64,000 bases of DNA from Raillietiella orientalis (Eukaryota): NCBI GenBank assembly GCA_036172245.1, contig JAYWIR010000022.1, positions 2,108,001 to 2,172,000 of the forward strand, read 5' to 3'. Positions 13,101-25,739 of the stretch are shown one piece after another. The translations under genes and the position numbers were made by a program. The stretch's first letter is position 1. Each line of letters starts with the position of its first letter. The notes under the pieces were generated by a model that did no database searches, was not told where the DNA came from, and worked only from the letters and a program-made list of their open reading frames with translations.

Positions 13101-13699
13101 TCGGATAAAGGATCGCAGGAAGGGAGGGAGAGGCTAATTTTAGCGCCCCGAGTCCGGCTATGATTGTTTTCAGCCGAGCCGGAATACACGGGCGACCCCC
13201 TTTTCCCACCCCGCCTCCTCGACCAGTGAGAACTCTGGAGTGGAAGCGTACAAGGACCAGGAGAGAGGTAGCAGTCTGCCTAGGGCGCCGGTGACACTGA
13301 GGGTAGGCGCGGAGGCGAGCGCGCAGCCTGCCGAACGGCCTCCACGAAGTCGCCGGTCCGCGGGCCTCTGGGTCACTCCCCGACCTTGGCTGGGAGCTCT
13401 TGGACTTCCTGCCTGCGCCATCCCTTCCCGGGGAGCGGAGAAAAAACCTTGCGGCGGCCACGACCCCAGGGGCCTCAAGGCTCGCCCGCCCTGCTCCACG
13501 ATCTGCTCGCCTCCCTGCGTCGGCGCGCTCTTGCGCGTTCAACCGCCGGGGTTTCGGGGCATCGTCCCGACTGAGTGCCATTTGAGAAAGGACGGAGGAG
13601 GGGAAAAAAGGCGGGAAGCTCCCCTTTCCTTCTAGCCCATGTCATGTGACTTTGAAAAGAAGAAGTGGAAGGACAAGAAAAAACACACACATACACGAA

Positions 13700-13950
13700 A
13701 GAGGCGCGAAATACTGTGCAGTGCTCTCGTTGCTAGGCAACGCGCCGAGTCCTGGTTGCAGAGCTTCCTCCTGTTCCGAGAACCTCCGAACGGGATCCGG
13801 GTGCGTCTTTTGCGGCTGCATGGTTGGCCGGCCTTTCACTGGAAGCGCGTAACCTTCGAGGACAACGTTCCGAGCATGCCAATGGCGCTCCCGCGGCGGC
13901 AGATGGCACGCTGTGCACCTGGAGCTTCGATACGCATCTGACCGATGGAG
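13700..13950 (+). mobile_element. Possible Tc1-like transposase relic
   Basis: RLLRLHGWPAFHWKRVTFED resembles the Tc1 pattern RLxFAxxHxxWTxxxWxxVxFSDE. No terminal inverted repeats were found. Confidence 0.3.
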
Positions 13951-16174
13951 GTGCAGATAAGAACCTAAGGAAACGGGTGAGGGTGAGGAGAAGAAGGAGG
14001 AAAGAGGAGGAGGATGCGTGGGGTGAGAGCTATTAGGATGCGCCACGAGCTTTCCGCCAGCGGGGCACCGGAGCCCCCGGGGCAAAGGGTTGTTCGCATT
14101 CTTCTCGGAGTGGCTCGCGTCGTTGGGATTCAAGGGGTCCTCCTTTCCATCGACTGCCACCGGGCGAGGGCGCGGGACACCAACCTCTCGGCGGCGGAGC
14201 CGCCTGAGCGACCGGAGAATCAAACGCCCGCGGCCCGCGGACGCTCCACGCTGGCGGTCCGGGCGAGCGGGCAGTCCGTGCGCATGTCCGGCCGAGTAGC
14301 GCAGGCGCGCCGCGACGGCGCTGCCACGTCGTCCAAGTCGGGGCTCGCCGCCCCGCCGCGCTCCTTCGGTTGCTGGGTTTTTTTTGTCGACAGCCCCTGC
14401 CCCGATCGCGGGCCCGGGGAACAAGCAGCGGCCCCGAACCTCTCCCCACCCCTCTGAAAAAAAAAACTCTCAAAATTTAGATTTAGACGGTTGGAAAGAG
14501 AACTGGGCTCGATTCTGGGCCGAACGAGGGCATTGGGCAGCGGTCCAACCCCCACAGCTGTCTCCCCTTCCTCCACTCGCCAGGCGAAGAGATTCTACCT
14601 GGTCTCGGCGAAGGCTGGCCGGGTAACAAAAAACAGTTGCCAGCTCTCGTGATCCCTGGGCTTCCCGGTCGACGACGCTTTCGCTCCCTGAGGGCTCGCG
14701 CCATTCTTTTTTTTCTTTTTTTCTACATGCGTGAAACCAGCGGAGTGCGCTCTGCTCGCGCGCCGAAGGCGGATCCTTGGGATGGCGTGCGGACTTCCCG
14801 AAGCAGGAAGCGGTTACCGCGCGTGTGACGCGAGCTCTTCTTCTCCTCCCCTCCCCCCCACACTCGAACGAGAGCGACTGTGTCGCGTGTCCTCGGGAGC
14901 AGCACGCAGCCTTGAGGTAAGCGCGCGCGCGGCAGAGGGGAGGAGACGCAACTGACCGCGCTCCGAGGCGCCGGCGGCGGAACCGCAACGAGGAGCGAAT
15001 CCGCGCTGAGCTCCGCAGGACGCTCGCACCGACGGACGCTGGCCTCCCCGGGAAGAGGGAAGAGCCCGAGAAGGAACCGGAGTCCTTTGGGACCGGAGGA
15101 GCTCAGGAAGGGGGGAAGAGGTTGGAGCGCGACACGTGCGCGCCAACTGGAGTTCCCGACGGCGAATAGAAGGAGTAGGGAAGCTCAGGAAGTGACCGCG
15201 AGGAACCAGAGATGGCTCCTTCCCGCGGGAATGCTCCCCTCCCTTCCGCGACGGCAGCTGGGATGCGCGCCCTACCCCGAATGCAGGGGTCAGGTCTGCC
15301 GACCGCGATCTCTCAGCGGAAGACGCACCTCCTCTGGCGGTGGCAGGTCACCGGGACTCGGGACCGAGTCTCCCCTCTCCCTTCCCCTCCCAGCATGTGG
15401 CAGGCTTCCGGCTCCCCCGAGGAGTATGGACCTTTCCGAGGAGGGACGGGGGAAGGAAGAGAGAGGGGGGGGAGGGAGGGGGGGAAGAAAGGCTGCAAGC
15501 AAGCGGCATCCCGGAGCGCAAGTCGATGGCTCGTTGACGAGCAGGCGCCTGCGTATCCCACCCCCCCTTCGTCTCCCCGGTCGAGTCGGGTGCTGAAGAA
15601 GCAGTGAATAAAGAAGAAACGAAAAGAACAACGCCAGCAAACGCGGCACAGCGGCGACTGCTTCAAACGGTCCCCCCCTTCCGCGCTCCGCGGGCGGAGG
15701 TGGCGCCACCCGATCGAAAATTCGGCTCCGACTGGGGTCGATTCGCCTCGAGACGGGGAGAGGGATGCCGCCTGCGGAGGGAACGGAGTTCCCAGGCGGC
15801 GCTCCGGATCCCCCGCAGAGTCGGGCTGGTGGCGTCCGCGCCGCAGCGAGGGGGGCAGGACCCGGCGGCAAGGCGCGTGAAGGAAACCGGAAGCAAATGG
15901 CGTGAGCGCCAGCAGCCCTCTCACCCTTCGAGAATCGCACCACTGCCTTTCGCACGAGGCGCGCCGGCACCCAGGGCGCATCGAGAACGCCATGCCACGC
16001 GCTGGGTCGCTTCCGTGCCATCCGAGCTCCCGGCGGGATCGGAGCATCTCAGCCTGCAGCGGCGGCGGCGGCGGCATGTGCCACCGCGCGGGGGGCCAGG
16101 CATCGCGGGTTCAAATCCCTCCCGAGGAAGGACCGACGCCGAGAAATGGGGGTGCATCATGGCGGGTCTGAGTC

Positions 16175-16630
16175 CATCCCGCAAGATGACGCTGATTGGC
16201 TGAGGGAAGTCTGAAGCCGGATGCCCCCGTTGACTGGCCGGGATGGGAGGTCGACCCTCCGGGTCATTCCGGGAATCAAAGAGCCCTTCAGGGTTCCCCT
16301 CCGGTGGTGAAGATGGAGCTGTTAACATGGAGCGCCTTTATGAAGCACCATGGAACTGGTGGATTGATGCTGCCTCTCCAGAGTGTCAGAAACGCCCTGC
16401 TCCCTTCGGGGAGCGGATCATTCAGGGAAAACTGGAAGCGTCCCTTAGGGATTCTCTTCAGAGGAGGGAATCAGCAGCAGGGTCCCTCCAGAGAAGAAAT
16501 TCCAGGAGTGAGGATCCTTTCCTTGTTCCCTTAAGAGAAGAAATTCGGGAGTGGCCTTCTCGGGGGGAACGACCCCTCCGGAGAGAATAAGAAAGAGGCA
16601 GCTCCCTTCAGGGTTCCCCTCCTAAGTGTG
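16175..16630 (-). repeat. Repeat family X copy
   Basis: The reverse complement is colinear with ~8850-9255. Confidence 0.78.
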
Positions 16631-17173
16631 GAACTATGTTGCCCTCCGGCCCCTGTGGCTGCTCTACGCAACAGCTCTTGGTGCACCGACGGAAAATTCC
16701 AAGGGCATTATAGAGCGCCTCTTCGTGCGCGGCACCCTTTCGCCTGCTGCATCCCCAGTAGCTCTTTGCTGCTGCCTACGCGGGATTGCCGCGGCCCGGA
16801 GCTACGCGAGAGGAGGACGGCGCGATCGGAACGCCATCTGCCCTTCGCCCTGCGCTTCATGAGGACGACAGCAAGATGGCCCCAGCTGGGGTATACTCGG
16901 ATGGAAGTTGCCGGCATCCTGGAAAGGATGCAGAGGACGTCCTCCAGCTCCCGCTGACCCCTTCCCTAACCCTCCCAAATTTATATATATATATATATTT
17001 GTTTTGTTTTTATTTTCGTTTGTCCCCTCCCCTTTCGCTGCCGAGGAGAACCTCTCTGGCCTGCGTGCCGGTCACTCGGCAGTTTCCGAGCATTTTCGGA
17101 CAATGTCGGGCACGATGGCCCTACACCTATGAGTCTGTTATTTTTTATAATAACTCCCCGGCACACCCGGGTG
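16630..17173 (+). mobile_element. 3' fragment (copy D) of the LINE family; left arm of an inverted repeat
   Basis: ALRPLW...RLFVRGTLSPAASPVALCCCLRGIAAA and RWPQLG..MEVAGILERM match the ORF2 C-terminus. The UTR and hairpin (17158-17173) are present. Confidence 0.82.
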
Positions 17174-17929
17174 TGAAAGCTCTGATGGCATAAGTTCCCC
17201 TGGCGATGCACAGCTGCTCGTGGCATCGGTCACCAGCAGCAGCACGCATGCGCTCGCGCGTCGCTATCGCGGATCGGAAGAACGAAGACGATGAAGAAGA
17301 TATGCCGCGCGCGGTTCGCCACGGGTAAGATTTATGGATCCGTTTCCGGGGCCCCCGTCCCTTTTTTTTCTTCTTCTTCTTCTTCTTTACTGGATTCCAC
17401 GTTTTGTCGAAGTTCGGGCGCGCGGTGCGGATCAACAGCCCTTCGACCCCGTCTTGGAAAGCACACAAGAGAGAGAGAGCTCACCCGGACGACTTTGGAA
17501 CGGAGACCTTGAAAAGCGGAAACGAAAGAGCAGCAAAAAGAAAACCTGAAAAACGAAAAAGGGAGGAGGAAGACCGCGAGGAGCAGCAACACCGCGCGCC
17601 TCAGAAGTGCAGCGACGTCCCCCGCGCCGCTCCTTCCGCCGTTCAAAGTGAATCCCCAGGATGAATCGACTCGCGGGTCCGCCGCGCGGAAACGGCGCTG
17701 GTTCGCGGCAAAGAAGCGAGGCGCCGAAGGCTGCGAACCAGGCATCAGGTCACAAACGCCTCCCTGGCTGCTCTGCGCGAGTCGCCACCGTCGCGGAGGT
17801 GCCCATGAATGCTCTCGGGGAGCTGCAGATTTCGGGAGGTGCACGGGGCACTAGCCACCCTTTTTCTGAGACCGCGGTGGGGATTGAGCCTTGCCTCCCC
17901 ACCACGGTTTCGACAAGGCCGTCGCCGCC

Positions 17930-18300
17930 ACCAGCTGCTGCTTCCCAGAAAGGCGCCGCAGGCAAGATTCTTCCACCGGCAGAGCCGTCGGCGCTTCCTT
18001 CCGGAAGATCCCGGTCTCGTTCCAAGCCAACGCCGACTCCGCCGAAACGGACGCGACCCATCCGTGGAGGAGGAGAACTCGTCCGTGGTACACCGATGGT
18101 TTCCGGAGGTACCAACAAACGCAAGAATTCTTCCTGGAGCGGTTTGTCCTGAAATACCCGGCACTCCTCCGTAGATGGCGCACCATTGGCCCGCAGAGCC
18201 GACTCTGCGGGCGACCGGTGAGTGACACCATTGCGAGCCTGTAGGCAAGAGAAGCCTCGAGTGGTGGACAGTCGCCGATGAGGGGAGATGCAAAATTCCG
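17930..18300 (+). mobile_element. Retroelement fragment with an RNase H-like motif; diverged direct copy at 19695-19862
   Basis: WYTDGF at ~18085-18102 and STDGS at ~19848-19862 in the second copy resemble the RNase H (Y/F)TDGS motif. The two copies align over about 170 bp. Confidence 0.45.
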
Positions 18301-18729
18301 CGGTCGTTTGGAGAGAGGGTGCCGTTCCCACGGAAACGGAGACCTGCAGCTCCACCGTCGCACTGCGGGGTCTTCCCCCCTTCCCCGCCTGGTTCGATGC
18401 GTGGCGTTAGCCGCGGCTACTCCAAGCTCATACGACCCGAGTCGTACCACTCAGGAACCGTTCGCCTAGAGGCTCCATGGAGCTCTTCGACCCCGTTCCA
18501 CTCCACCCGAGAGCGCGTGCGTTGACTCCTCAAGCTGGAGGGTGCCCCCACGGGGAGAAACCACCGTATGAATCCAGGAAGACCTCCATCCAGACGCTGC
18601 TTTATGCCCCCATAAGCGGCTGTCTAGTCGGTGTCAATACAAGGCCCAGAGCTGATTGCTGCCTAATTGGTTGGACGTGTGGCTCTCCGGAGGTGCTTTC
18701 CTCCCACCCTTAGGAGATTTATCGTCCGA

Positions 18730-19260
18730 TCACGTCGCGGCGTTTATTATAAAAAAATAACAAACTTATAGGTGTAGGGCCATCGTGCCCGACATTGTCC
18801 GAAAATGCTCGGAAACTGCCGAGTGACCGGCACGCAGGCCAGCGAGGTTCGCCTCGGCAGCGAAAGGGGAGGGGACAAACGAAAATAAAAACAAAACAAA
18901 TATATATATATATAAATTTGGGAGGGTTAGGGAAGGGGTCAGCGGGAGCTGGAGGACGTCCTCTGCATCCTTTCCAGGATGCCGGCAACTTCCATCCGAG
19001 TATGCCCCAGCTGGGGCCATCTTGCTGTCGTCCTCATGAAGCGCAGGGCGAAGGGAAGATGGCGTCCCGATCGCGCCGTCCTCCTCTCGCGTAGCTCCGG
19101 GCTGCGGCAATCCCGCGTAGGCAGCAGCAAAGAGCTACTGGGGATGCAGCAGGCGAAAGGGTGTCGCGCAAGAAGAGGCGCTTCGTCATGTCCCTGGGAA
19201 CGTCGGCCATCAGAAGTCGGGACACGCGTGGAACGTGCCTCTGGAGAATATCACGCTCTG
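18730..19260 (-). mobile_element. 3' fragment (copy E) of the LINE family; right arm of the inverted repeat
   Basis: The reverse complement of 18744-19182 is nearly identical to 16714-17152. Confidence 0.82.
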
Positions 19261-20349
19261 TAACCGCGGCTCCGTACGCGGAGCCACCGACTTTCGAAGT
19301 TCCCCCCCCCCTTTTGTGCCGACCAGTCGCTCGGGAACCACGCTGAGCTCCGCGGGGAGTTCCGGCGCGAACAAGAAAGGGGGAGTGGTAAGAGAGCGCC
19401 ACCTCTCCTTCCCGCTGCTATCGCTCCGCGCACCCCGCCCGTTGCTGCCGGCTGCTGCTTGCGTCTTCGGCCGGCTGTTAAACTCGGGAAATTAAGACAC
19501 ACCCGCTGCTCGGGCGGGTTTCCTGGGGAGCGAGACCCCGGCGCTCGGCGATGCGCTGCCAGGGAGGAGCAGGTCGCGCGTCTGCGGTGAATGGGCTGCC
19601 GCGGAGCCTGCGGCGGATCTCTCTCGCACAAGTCCTCGGGATGGAGGGCGCGCCTTTCCCACTATCTGGTTCTCAGTAAGACTTACGTCACCGTCAGCTG
19701 CTGCTTCCCAGGAAGGCGCCGCAGGGAAGATCCTTCCCCCGGCAGAGCCCTCCGTGCTTCCGTCCGAAAGACCCCAGTTGCGTTCCGAGCCGCCGCCGCC
19801 GAAAAGGACGCGACCCGCATCCGTGGAGAAAGAGAATCCGTCCATAGTCCACCGATGGTTCAAATCCTCTCCCGGCCGACAGGCTGTGTTTTGTGTGTGT
19901 TTACGCGCGTGTTTGAACGATTGAGTAACACAGCTCTGATTACAGTTGGCAAAAGCATTCTCAAGGATGCATTCAGCAGCGCTTTATTTTCATCAATCTG
20001 AGTGTCATATCAGCTGTTTTTTTTTTTTTTTGCTTCTGCTGGACCGATCAGAAGATCGAGATGCGAGATACTGGAAAACCCGCGAGTAGGGAAATGTGGA
20101 AAATTTGATGAATTCCTGATTCGTTTTTGATTGACGTGGCGCACGTTTTTTTTTTTTTCTTTTTCCCTCGTCCCTTCTTTTTTTGCGAGGCAGCGTTATG
20201 CAACCGCGCGTTGGTAATTCCTCGTGGGTTGCGACATGGCAAAGACTTCGGTTCCGCACTCTGTTTACCTTCGGGTCCCGCCGGATGCGTCTCCGTCCCG
20301 GGATCCGAGTGTAGCGTGCTGGTTGGTCCTGACCCTTGCTCCTGGGATC

Positions 20350-20950
20350 CTTGAGAGAGCCTAAGTCGGAGAGCAAAGAGGCGAAAGGAGAGCCCTGATC
20401 CCATAAGAACCTGTTGAGGGTTTGTTTGGAGAGCCGCTGAGCCTGCTGCACCCACCCACCTCCTTTCCTTCTGGCATGAACGAGCTCGAGTCTCTTTGGA
20501 AGAGAAAAAAAAAGGGGGGGGGATGGAACCTGGAAGTGGCATTCGTCTTGGCCCGAGAAAAATGATGCAACTCTACCAAGCGGAACAAAACGCGAGCGGT
20601 GCGCGCAGCATCCATTTCAGGTGGCCTCACGAGCACTCGGACTTTGCCGGACCAACTCCCTGCATTCAGAAATCCTCGCTGTCCATTGCGAAAAAAAAAG
20701 GCTCGTAACGATCTCTCTCGAGGTGTCCTTGCTTCCTTGTCTGGACCTTCGCGGAAAAAAAAAAAAAAGTGGCTGCGTTTCCGCACTCACGGCTTGGCTG
20801 ATCTGTTACGCTGTTAAGGCCCGAATTCGGAATGGATGCTGTTTCCTTCCTCTGTCTTCTGGATTGATGTGCATTAGTGACTTGGTGGGTCCACCGCCGC
20901 GTGCATGGTGGCGGCGCCGGCTGCCTCCGGGGCTAGTTCGGTTGCCCCAT
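20350..20950 (+). mobile_element. Ty3/gypsy integrase relic
   Basis: QAEQNASGARSIHFRWPHEHSDFAGP resembles the gypsy pattern CQxxQ...LHPWxWP...HxDFAGP. ISDLVGP downstream resembles xSDNGP. Confidence 0.45.
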
Positions 20951-21159
20951 TCGAGAGCTTTCGCGGCGGCTCTCTGACCACCGCGTGGATTCGGATGCTT
21001 GGCCGGCGTGGAGGAGCTCAAGATGGCGCGCGTTTCCGGAAATCATTTCAAAGTACCCGAAATCCTCTGTTGCACTGCACGCACGCGCACGCACACACAC
21101 ACACATGTATGTGCACGTGCATTCCTACACACTTGGGACGAAGGCAATCGCTCCCAGTT

Positions 21160-21455
21160 CCTTCCTCCTCCTAAGAGAACCCCGAAGGGACGCTTCCGGA
21201 TTTCTCCGAAGGGTCCGCTCCCCTAAGGAAGCAGTGCGCTTCTTGGAGCTCTGGAGAGTGACTGCCCCCGAGGGGGGGCATCAGTTGCTCCATGGTACCC
21301 GATAGAGGGCGGCTCCCTTCTCACAACCGGAGGGGAACAGCCCCTCGATTCCTGGAAGGACCCCAGGGAGGTCGACTTCCAATCCCGGCCAGTCAACAGG
21401 GAGACATCCGATTTTCGGCTTCCATCAGGTAGCCAGAGTCATCTTGCAGGGATGG
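21160..21455 (+). repeat. Repeat family X partial copy
   Basis: Colinear with ~8945-9255. Confidence 0.72.
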
Positions 21456-21699
21456 GGGGAGGGAGGGGAGATCCAGACACAAGACGCAGCGTGAGGATTC
21501 GAATCCGCAACGCTTGGTGACACGCGCGCAGACCGCAGCCACACGTCCGCCGACGCGGGCGTTCGACACGGTGCAGCGGGTTGCGGTATTTGTAAGCTGC
21601 ACGTCCTTTGATCCCCCTTTCAGAGTGAGGACGGTTCCCTGCACTCCAGAGACGCGTCCGGTCCTGGTTTCCGCGCGGCGACAGGGCGAATACCTCAGC

Positions 21700-24600
21700 C
21701 CACCTACCATCATCCCCTTTCTCCCTGCTTCCCAGAGCGGCCATCAAGCTTCAGATATCTTCGATTCACAGGTCGGAAGTCGGGCGTCCAACCTCGTGAA
21801 TCCAGGTCAGCGGGTTTCAGCTGGACAACCCCGAATCCTCTGGCGGAAGACGAAAATCCCCTTCCCTTTTTAAAGACGGGAGGCTGGTGCGTCCGGGATG
21901 CTCGCCGCTGCTTTTGCAAGCCCCACGGCACCGAGCGGACCTCTCCGGGGCTTTCCTCCCGAGGACGAACTCTTCCAGACGGCCGAGGAAGCCAGGTTGG
22001 GGAGGAAGCAGCACCTGCGGACCAGGAAGGCTCAAAGGAAAATTCCTCGGTCTCAGTCGTTCGCCTGGTTAATCCCGATTGCGTTCGTTCTTGAACCCCA
22101 CTGGAACCAAAGATGCTCGCAGCATCCTTCGAGGAGTGGCATGAATAATTGAACTCGCAGCATGCAGCTGACAATCACATCTTCATGATTTCTTCATGAC
22201 TAATTGAATTACTCCCATGAGCGGGATCTGGGATCCGGCGTGAGCGAATGTGCAGGGGGAGTAGAAGAGCCATCCCCCATTCGGCAGTTTAGTTCGCGTG
22301 GAGACCGGTTGAAAAATAAAAGGGGAAGTTCATAGGCGTCTCCTCTTCGGCACCCAGACCACCTCCGCTGTTGCTCTTGCAGCAGATAGCGACACAACAC
22401 GGAAAATGCTGACTCGATAGTCAACCACACGTGGTTGTAAAAAAAGAAAACCAGATTCTGGTTGCAAAAGAGTAAGAGAATAAAAGCATCCACGAGAGAG
22501 GAGGCGTCGGGCCTGACGCAGAACCTGACCTCATCTGTCACGAAGTGGTTAGCCAGAGATAGTCCTCAAGGAGAAGCACTCTTCAGAAGGGTGAATGAGT
22601 TTTATGAGACGGCGATGGGCGAGGCCGTCATTGGAAAGTTCAAGAGGGTGAAGAGGAAATTCCCGTTGGAAGGCGAAGATGTCTGTCTCCCTGAGCTATG
22701 CACAACGCGCACGCTCGTCTCGCTCTGACAAACGGAACCGTTGCTCGGCAGCTCCCGAACAGTTGACTGCAGAGCCCTTTCCAGACTTGCGTCGAGGGCC
22801 CCTGCTCCCTTCAGGGTGATCTTCCACTGCGCATGAGTGGCACAGAAACTTCCGGCAACACCGGAAAGCCATGCCGTCAGTCATCGCTAGCTGGTGAGCG
22901 ATTATGTTCCGCTTTCATCAGTACGGACGGCAGGGAGGTCATCTGAGGTAGCGGATTGACCGGTGAAAAGCGACCTGACCTTCCGCTTGCCTCCGCTGAG
23001 GCGGCTCCGATCGCGCCCTCTCGGAAAATGAGGAAGATGAGAGGAATAGTCACGTAATACCCTCGACAGATACCTCAGCAACCTACCATGGTTACAGAGA
23101 GGCATGAGGGGGGAAACGGAAAAAGGGAATCCCGGAACCAAGGAGTGCGGCTCCCCGCTTCTCCCGCGGGAGGAGCTCCCGTCGCCGTGGGGAGCATTCG
23201 CGGCAACGGGACCCCTGGGATCTTGGGACCCTGAAAACGAGGATGCGTTCCGGGAACTGGAAATCCCTAGGAAGCGAGGAAAGTGCATCAGAGATAATGC
23301 TCCCTAGCATTCAGTACTCCCGAGACACGTTTCGGTGGGGCACTGGGTGGGTTATCGTTAGCAGTGAAGAGAAAAGAGGAGAGAGATGCGAGGGGGAGGC
23401 GGTGGAAATCCCTCCCCTCCCTCCGCCTGCTCCCCTCTCACCATCAAGGCGGTTGGCAGATTTTGAAAAGGACGTGATTTCTCTTCCCCATGGGCCCCAT
23501 CTTCGCTTCGAGGGAGCGGGAAGCCGTCGCGACAGGAGAGAGCACGGAGGGTGCGGTGCAGTGACGCCCTCAACCCGAATCGCAAGAGTCGAACAAAGGT
23601 GGCAGAAGGCCGTGGAGGAGCACTGCGGGACGCATCGGGGCGGTCCCGGTCGACCGTTCCGCCTTCCCGTGGCGAATTCGCGGCGACGGGGAGACTCCGC
23701 GAAGCGCACTCGAAGTCTTCTGGCAGGATTCCGGGAGCACTTCGCACCCTCGCCCTCACGGAAGAGACCTACCTCGGGCGGACCAGCGTGTCTGCCCTCC
23801 CATCTTTGCTGCCCCTCGTGCACGCTTAGCCTTTGCCCACCGGGCCTGGATTTAGAGGAAGAGATGCAGAGAACCTGGACTAACCCTTGCGGTCTCTTTT
23901 GGAACCCAGATCTCTTCCATCTACCCCGAGATGTTCTCTGCCCTTCCCAGAGTCTCACATCCAGAAGAGACACTTGCAGGGCTCAGAGCAATGGTAGAAT
24001 CCTGGGTGACTGCCATCTGGAGAGGGACCCGCGTTGTTTCCTCCTCCTTCTTCTTCCTGCCGGTTGATCTTACCTGCCACACAAGCGGAAGTGGGCCTGG
24101 AGGACCAAATGATCCGCGATCCTTCTTCGGCTTCAGAAGTGTCTTTCAAGAAGCTACCAGAGCGTGGGGAACCGACCGCCTCGCGAGCATAGATGGCTCT
24201 GTGCGGAAGAAGCCACCTGAGGTGAGTCAGCCGAGCAAGGCAGCAGCTACTTCGGTGCTTCTCTCCAAAGATCGAGATGGACGCGGCAACGAATCGAAAG
24301 GATGTTCAAGCTCATTGCACCGCCTACTGCTCCACAGCGGCTACACTCACCATCCTTGCAGTACAGTTTGAGGCCTAAAGAATAGCAATCCACAGTGGAA
24401 ATTCAGCATGGACCGCGCGCTCTCTTCCCGTCAAGCACTGCAGCGCCATGGCGGTCGGCACGGGAGGCGTGAAGACTGGGATTACCCCCGGCTCTCCAAG
24501 CGATTTCCGAATCCGCCACCGCGTCGGTTGGTGCGTCGCTCCGAGAATCCATCCTGGACGAATCTTTTTTAGCTCTGTCCGCAACTCTAGGACGCGGAAG

Positions 24601-24810
24601 AACTGGACCTCCGAACAGAACTGCTGAGTTTCCTCTTCTGAGCTCGCCGGATCTCATAGGACGGTCGCTCTGGTGTCTGCCTTGGTGCCTTCCTGAAGCG
24701 GGCCTTCCCGAAAGCTGCTGCCTCCTCATTCTTCTGCACGGCGACCCCCGCCGATAGGCACTTGATAGGTCAGGTCCATGTGCCTCCGTACAAAACATGC
24801 AGGAGGGAAC
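21700..24810 (-). mobile_element. BEL/Pao relics: gag knuckle, integrase end and an RNase H fragment
   Basis: CMFCTEAH (~24790), VPGFPFSV and VRTDESGT (~22900-23140), IHPSEECFSLRTISG (~22560-22600) and KPADLDSRG (~21790-21820; compare the Pao NPADLASRG motif). 22363-22600 is a diverged direct copy of 25738-25995. Confidence 0.5.
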
Positions 24811-25739
24811 CTACACCACCAGTGAATGGGAGGTTTCGCTTTCCTTGGGCTGCAGCTCCCGATCGGAAGCTCCCCATATCGTGTAGCTGAGACTTACCCA
24901 ATCTTCCTCGGAAAGATCATGGGCTGTGGATGCGCCCTTTAGTCCTCGTCACCATGAAGGACTGATGCGGAAGCGTAGAGGACCGTCCAAAAGGACCGAA
25001 CCGAAATGCAACCACCGGAAGCTCTTCTTCATTCTTCACAGGATGCCCTCATAGGGGGATGCTGAGAACATTCTAAGGATCCTCGAGGGAGCTTTTTTTT
25101 GTTCTGTCTTCGCGTTCTTTCTCTGCACCTTACAACGACTGGGAAGGTGGTGTTTCGAGAGACTTCCTAAACACACCCGGAAACCTCCTCGACGACTCCT
25201 CCTTTGGTAGCAGAAAGGCGTATGAGACTCGCGACGGTTGTATCCGAAGTCCCAAGGGAAACCAGGTCAACCTTACAGAAGAGCTCTGCCGACCACCCAG
25301 ACCGACTGGAATCGCTGCTTTCCTATCCGCTTCGAAATCGCAACTGTGAATGTGCGCGAAGCAGCACGAGGTCGATGCTGTCTGATGGCCCGGAGACGGA
25401 AGGTAAGGCAAGACCATCCCAAAGGAAAGGGTGGAGGGAGAAATCGCCGAGTGGACCTTGATTTGAAATCTTCTGAAGATTCCGTTTTCGTGGTCACTCC
25501 TAAACGTGACTCGAGGAGCACCCTCTCCCACGCACCTCCAGTCGGCTGTCAGTGATCCAGACCAAGCGAGCTCTGCCTGTCTTCTTCGGAGGAGTTCCCC
25601 TGTAGCGGCACCGACGCAGGTGCGGGAGTCATGGACGCGCCTGCGCGCCCCAGGACAGTTCCAAACGAACCAAGAGTAAGGACGTGCCTTCCTCCGTGGT
25701 CGATCTCCCGCTGTGTCTCCTCTTCGGCTCCTAGACCCC

